Shown here in pieces: positions 61,304 to 64,000 of a stretch of 64,000 nt of DNA. The position numbers and the translations under genes are program-made. Source of the DNA: Escherichia phage KIT01; sequence record AP019521.1; one strand, written 5' to 3'. Below the pieces are notes generated by a model. It was not told the DNA's origin, ran no database searches, and worked only from the letters and a program-made list of their open reading frames with translations. Position 1 is the first letter of the stretch, and every line of letters starts with the position of its first letter.

Positions 61304-61570
61304 TCAAAACACCACCTCTTTTATCTCAATCAATCCCCTGTACAATGCAGTGCGGAGGTCATAAAGAATATCTATGCCGTCGACATTATCCAGTTTACCG
61401 TCGATAAGTTTTTGTAAATCTTCCTTTGATGCGATTAAGGGACGGAGAAATTTACATTCAGAAAGAGATAACTCTGTAGTAACATCATCACCTTCACCTG
61501 ACGCGTCATACATAGCGGCAACAACCATACCCGTAACTTTGTGTTTAGCGTAATATAATTTGATATCCAT
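61304..61570 (-). CDS. Hypothetical early protein
   Basis: 88-aa ORF with RBS GAGGAG. Confidence 0.5.
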   Translation of the reverse strand: MDIKLYYAKHKVTGMVVAAMYDASGEGDDVTTELSLSECKFLRPLIASKEDLQKLIDGKLDNVDGIDILYDLRTALYRGLIEIKEVVF

Positions 61571-61591
61571 TTTGTTCTCCTCATTAGTTGA

Positions 61592-61628
61592 TAGGAAGAT
61601 AGTAACACCATCCGTGGCGTTATAAATT
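61592..61628 (-). promoter_or_regulatory. Early promoter variant
   Basis: Same leader (CCTATCAACTAATGAGGAG) and -10-like TTACTATCTTCC as the 61879-61915 promoter, but the -35 is degenerate. Confidence 0.35.
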
Positions 61629-61854
61629 AAGCAACGGAATGTTTTGGATGCTGTTTAGCCCAACCTACTAAAAATTCCCAATACTTTTCGATAGAACCGT
61701 AAAGATTAATTACCGTAGGAGTGGTAACTTCAGTCCAATCTTTTTGAACATTACCTGTTTTAATATTGGTAAGCTTGTGAAACACTTTACCGTTCTCAAA
61801 TTTATATTCTTCGATTTTACGATTGATTGCTTTAACAGAAGTAATAGAAGTCAT
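61627..61854 (-). CDS. Hypothetical early protein
   Basis: ORF from ATG at 61854 (MTSITSVKAINRK...). Confidence 0.5.
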   Translation of the reverse strand: MTSITSVKAINRKIEEYKFENGKVFHKLTNIKTGNVQKDWTEVTTPTVINLYGSIEKYWEFLVGWAKQHPKHSVA

Positions 61855-61878
61855 AATATTTTCCTCTCGTGTAGTTGA

Positions 61879-61915
61879 TAGGAAGATAGTAACACCATCC
61901 ATGGCGTATGTAAAC
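61879..61915 (-). promoter_or_regulatory. T4-type early promoter
   Basis: Minus strand reads GTTTACA-N17-TTACTATCTTCC. Confidence 0.5.
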
Positions 61916-61924
61916 ACTTTTTAA

Positions 61925-62482
61925 TTATAAGGCGAGATACCAGCCGTTGTAATTGCTCTTACGGACTAGCTTTGTGATGGCTTCTCTGTCACCAGAGAAC
62001 TTAGGAGTGAACAGGACGTCGCCTGCCTCATTTACTGAAGTGTCGAATATAATTATACAGTCTGCAACTTTATGATTCAAGAGCGGTCCTAGGTTTATCC
62101 CTGTTCCATAAGGGAAGTCACCGGAGTATCCTGTAGTGCAGGAAATCCACTTAGAATCCGACTGATGGGTCTTGACCTCTACGCGTAGTCCACAGTACAT
62201 AGGATGAGCTAAAACATCCCATGCATAGGTATAAGGGTCGTCATGGTCTTCCAGACCACTGTTAACGTATCCTTTCAACCAATCAGCAACCATGTATTCA
62301 GCATACGTTGCAATGACACACCGAGTCAATACTTCTTTCTTATCTTGGGACGGGTCTTGGCTTAAGGAATACAATACAGTATCCTTAATCTTAACCTTCA
62401 TTTCGCCTGTTAAATCAGTTGTCTTCAGGGTAAATGTCGGCATCGCTGCCAATCGGAGTAGTCCCGGGTTCGTCTTCACCAT
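61925..62482 (-). CDS. denB: DenB-like endonuclease IV candidate
   Basis: 185 aa, the length of T4 endonuclease IV, in the position between ndd and rIIB; assignment by synteny and size. Confidence 0.55.
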   Translation of the reverse strand: MVKTNPGLLRLAAMPTFTLKTTDLTGEMKVKIKDTVLYSLSQDPSQDKKEVLTRCVIATYAEYMVADWLKGYVNSGLEDHDDPYTYAWDVLAHPMYCGLRVEVKTHQSDSKWISCTTGYSGDFPYGTGINLGPLLNHKVADCIIIFDTSVNEAGDVLFTPKFSGDREAITKLVRKSNYNGWYLAL

Positions 62483-62714
62483 AAATGCCTCGAATATGAA
62501 GTTCGCCGTAATAAATTCGGTCGTCGGGTTCTAAAGTATCAGAATCCGCTAAAGGAAATTCACCTTCGACCACCTCATCACATTCCAGAAAAGCGTAATG
62601 AACATCACCAGGGTGTTTAACGAGCTTAGCACAATAAACAGTACCTGCTTTATGGAATCCACGCAAATTGGAAATCTTGATATCGCGTTCACCGACATTC
62701 AGGTAATTAATCAT
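62415..62714 (-). CDS. Hypothetical protein
   Basis: ORF from ATG at 62714 (MINYLNVGERD...). Confidence 0.45.
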   Translation of the reverse strand: MINYLNVGERDIKISNLRGFHKAGTVYCAKLVKHPGDVHYAFLECDEVVEGEFPLADSDTLEPDDRIYYGELHIRGIYGEDEPGTTPIGSDADIYPEDN

Positions 62715-62715
62715 T

Positions 62716-62913
62716 TTACCCACCGAAATAAGAAATACGAACCTCTAAACAATGAGCATAAGCGCCCATCGCATCCAGTTGGGCAATAAGTAACCCTTGT
62801 TGACGGATATCAAGAGTTTCAAAAACACCGCCTTTAATAAAGGTTTCTAGTGCGTTAATTTTAAGAACCAACTGGTCGTATTCTTCAACTACACGTGCCT
62901 GGTAACCTAACAT
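62716..62913 (-). CDS. Hypothetical small protein
   Basis: 65-aa ORF downstream of rIIB, preceded by the hairpin at 62926-62941. Confidence 0.45.
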   Translation of the reverse strand: MLGYQARVVEEYDQLVLKINALETFIKGGVFETLDIRQQGLLIAQLDAMGAYAHCLEVRISYFGG

Positions 62914-62951
62914 AATTCCTCATTAGGAGGCCGAAGCCTCCGTTTATTGAT

Positions 62952-63986
62952 TTAGTATTTGTATTCGTTTGCGAACTGTTCAGTGACGTCTTCCAGAACT
63001 TCATAATAACATACACGCATTTTAGCATCACCGTAATCGACCGGAATACTAACAACATCACGTGGGTTAACTTTACATGAAACTACTTTACAGCTTGAGT
63101 TACCAAAATGACCAATATAGCTACGAGAGCAAACGTGCAGACCACTTGAACAAGTTACTTCGTCGTCATCATTCACACGTGAACGAGGCATTTTAACAGG
63201 TTTGCCTGGCGAGTTATCAAACGTACCGGTACGGCAGTCGGTGTAATCAGAGTTAACAACTTTCCATGTGATAAAATGACCGTCTTCAGTGATTTTGATA
63301 TCGTTTGCAACCAGGAAGTCGAACAGACGTTGTACAGCTTTTTCACTTGGGTTTTCTAACAGGTTCTCAAGGAACGGCAGGTAGAATTCGAAGTCTTCAC
63401 CGTTTTCCATTGAAGTGATAATACGGTCAATCAACCCTGAACGCAATTCAATGCCTTGGTAAACTAGACGTCCACCTTCAATACGAACGTTGCCTTTAAC
63501 AAAGGCCTTAACGGCTTCTTTAATAGAAATCAGTTTAATCGCGTCATCGAAACGAGATTCTTTAAGAGCCTGTACGATGGCATCAAAATGTTTGTTCTTA
63601 TTAGTGGTGTTCCATACTGTACGACCTTCAGTGATGGATACGAATTTAGAACTCGCGTTCCAAATAATTTCAGGGCGAGAGCCGCCAATAGTAACTTCAA
63701 CGGGAACTACACGAGGCTCGTTAGGAACTGTTACTTTGATATTTCCGGTAATAACCACTTCTGTTGGGGCATTAAGAGGTACAGTAGGCGCTTTTTTAAG
63801 CGATTCGGCTAATTCTTTAGCCACTTGAGAACGTTTAGCTTCTTCAGCATTTTTCAGGACTTTACGAATGGTATCAACCGAAACACCATACCAGTCAGCT
63901 AGTTCTTGCTGAGTATAATTACCAGATTTATAGAGGGAAACTACTTTCTCTTGTTCAGATTTAGCCAGGCACTTAATATTGTACAT
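62952..63986 (-). CDS. rIIB: rIIB membrane-associated protein
   Basis: 344 aa; strong match to T4 rIIB (MYNIKCL.K.EQ...LY.SGNYTQQELADW.GVSVDTIR.VLKNAEEAKR; FEFY.PFLENLLENPS.KAV.RLFDFLVANDI). Confidence 0.93.
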   Translation of the reverse strand: MYNIKCLAKSEQEKVVSLYKSGNYTQQELADWYGVSVDTIRKVLKNAEEAKRSQVAKELAESLKKAPTVPLNAPTEVVITGNIKVTVPNEPRVVPVEVTIGGSRPEIIWNASSKFVSITEGRTVWNTTNKNKHFDAIVQALKESRFDDAIKLISIKEAVKAFVKGNVRIEGGRLVYQGIELRSGLIDRIITSMENGEDFEFYLPFLENLLENPSEKAVQRLFDFLVANDIKITEDGHFITWKVVNSDYTDCRTGTFDNSPGKPVKMPRSRVNDDDEVTCSSGLHVCSRSYIGHFGNSSCKVVSCKVNPRDVVSIPVDYGDAKMRVCYYEVLEDVTEQFANEYKY

Positions 63987-64000
63987 AATATTTCCTTAGA

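Overview
This window reads as a contiguous segment of a T4-like (T-even, Tevenvirinae) myovirus genome, densely coding and syntenic with phage T4 from hoc to rIIB. Calls are based on my reading of the six-frame translations against remembered T4 protein sequences and motifs; no database search was run. Gene order: collagen-like protein (5' partial), Hoc-like paralog, hoc, inh, uvsW, uvsW.1, uvsY.-2/.-1/uvsY, a GIY-YIG-like endonuclease, baseplate genes 25-26-51-27-28-29-48-54, three tandem alt-like ADP-ribosyltransferase genes, DNA ligase (30), small early genes, rIII, 31, cd, pseT, a spanin pair, rnlA, denA, nrdB, nrdA, td, frd, 32, 59, 33, dsbA, rnh, long tail fibre genes 34-35-36-37, a T2-type gp38 adhesin, holin t, asiA, motA, 52, ndd, denB, rIIB. 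No tRNA, rRNA, CRISPR array or integrase was seen. Regulatory signals include TATAAATA late promoters, a recurrent T4-type early promoter/leader cassette on the minus strand, and tetraloop-type hairpins. The most interesting departures from T4 are the collagen-like plus second Hoc-family gene pair next to hoc, the tandem triplication of alt, the endonuclease gene between uvsY and 25, and intron-less td and nrdB.
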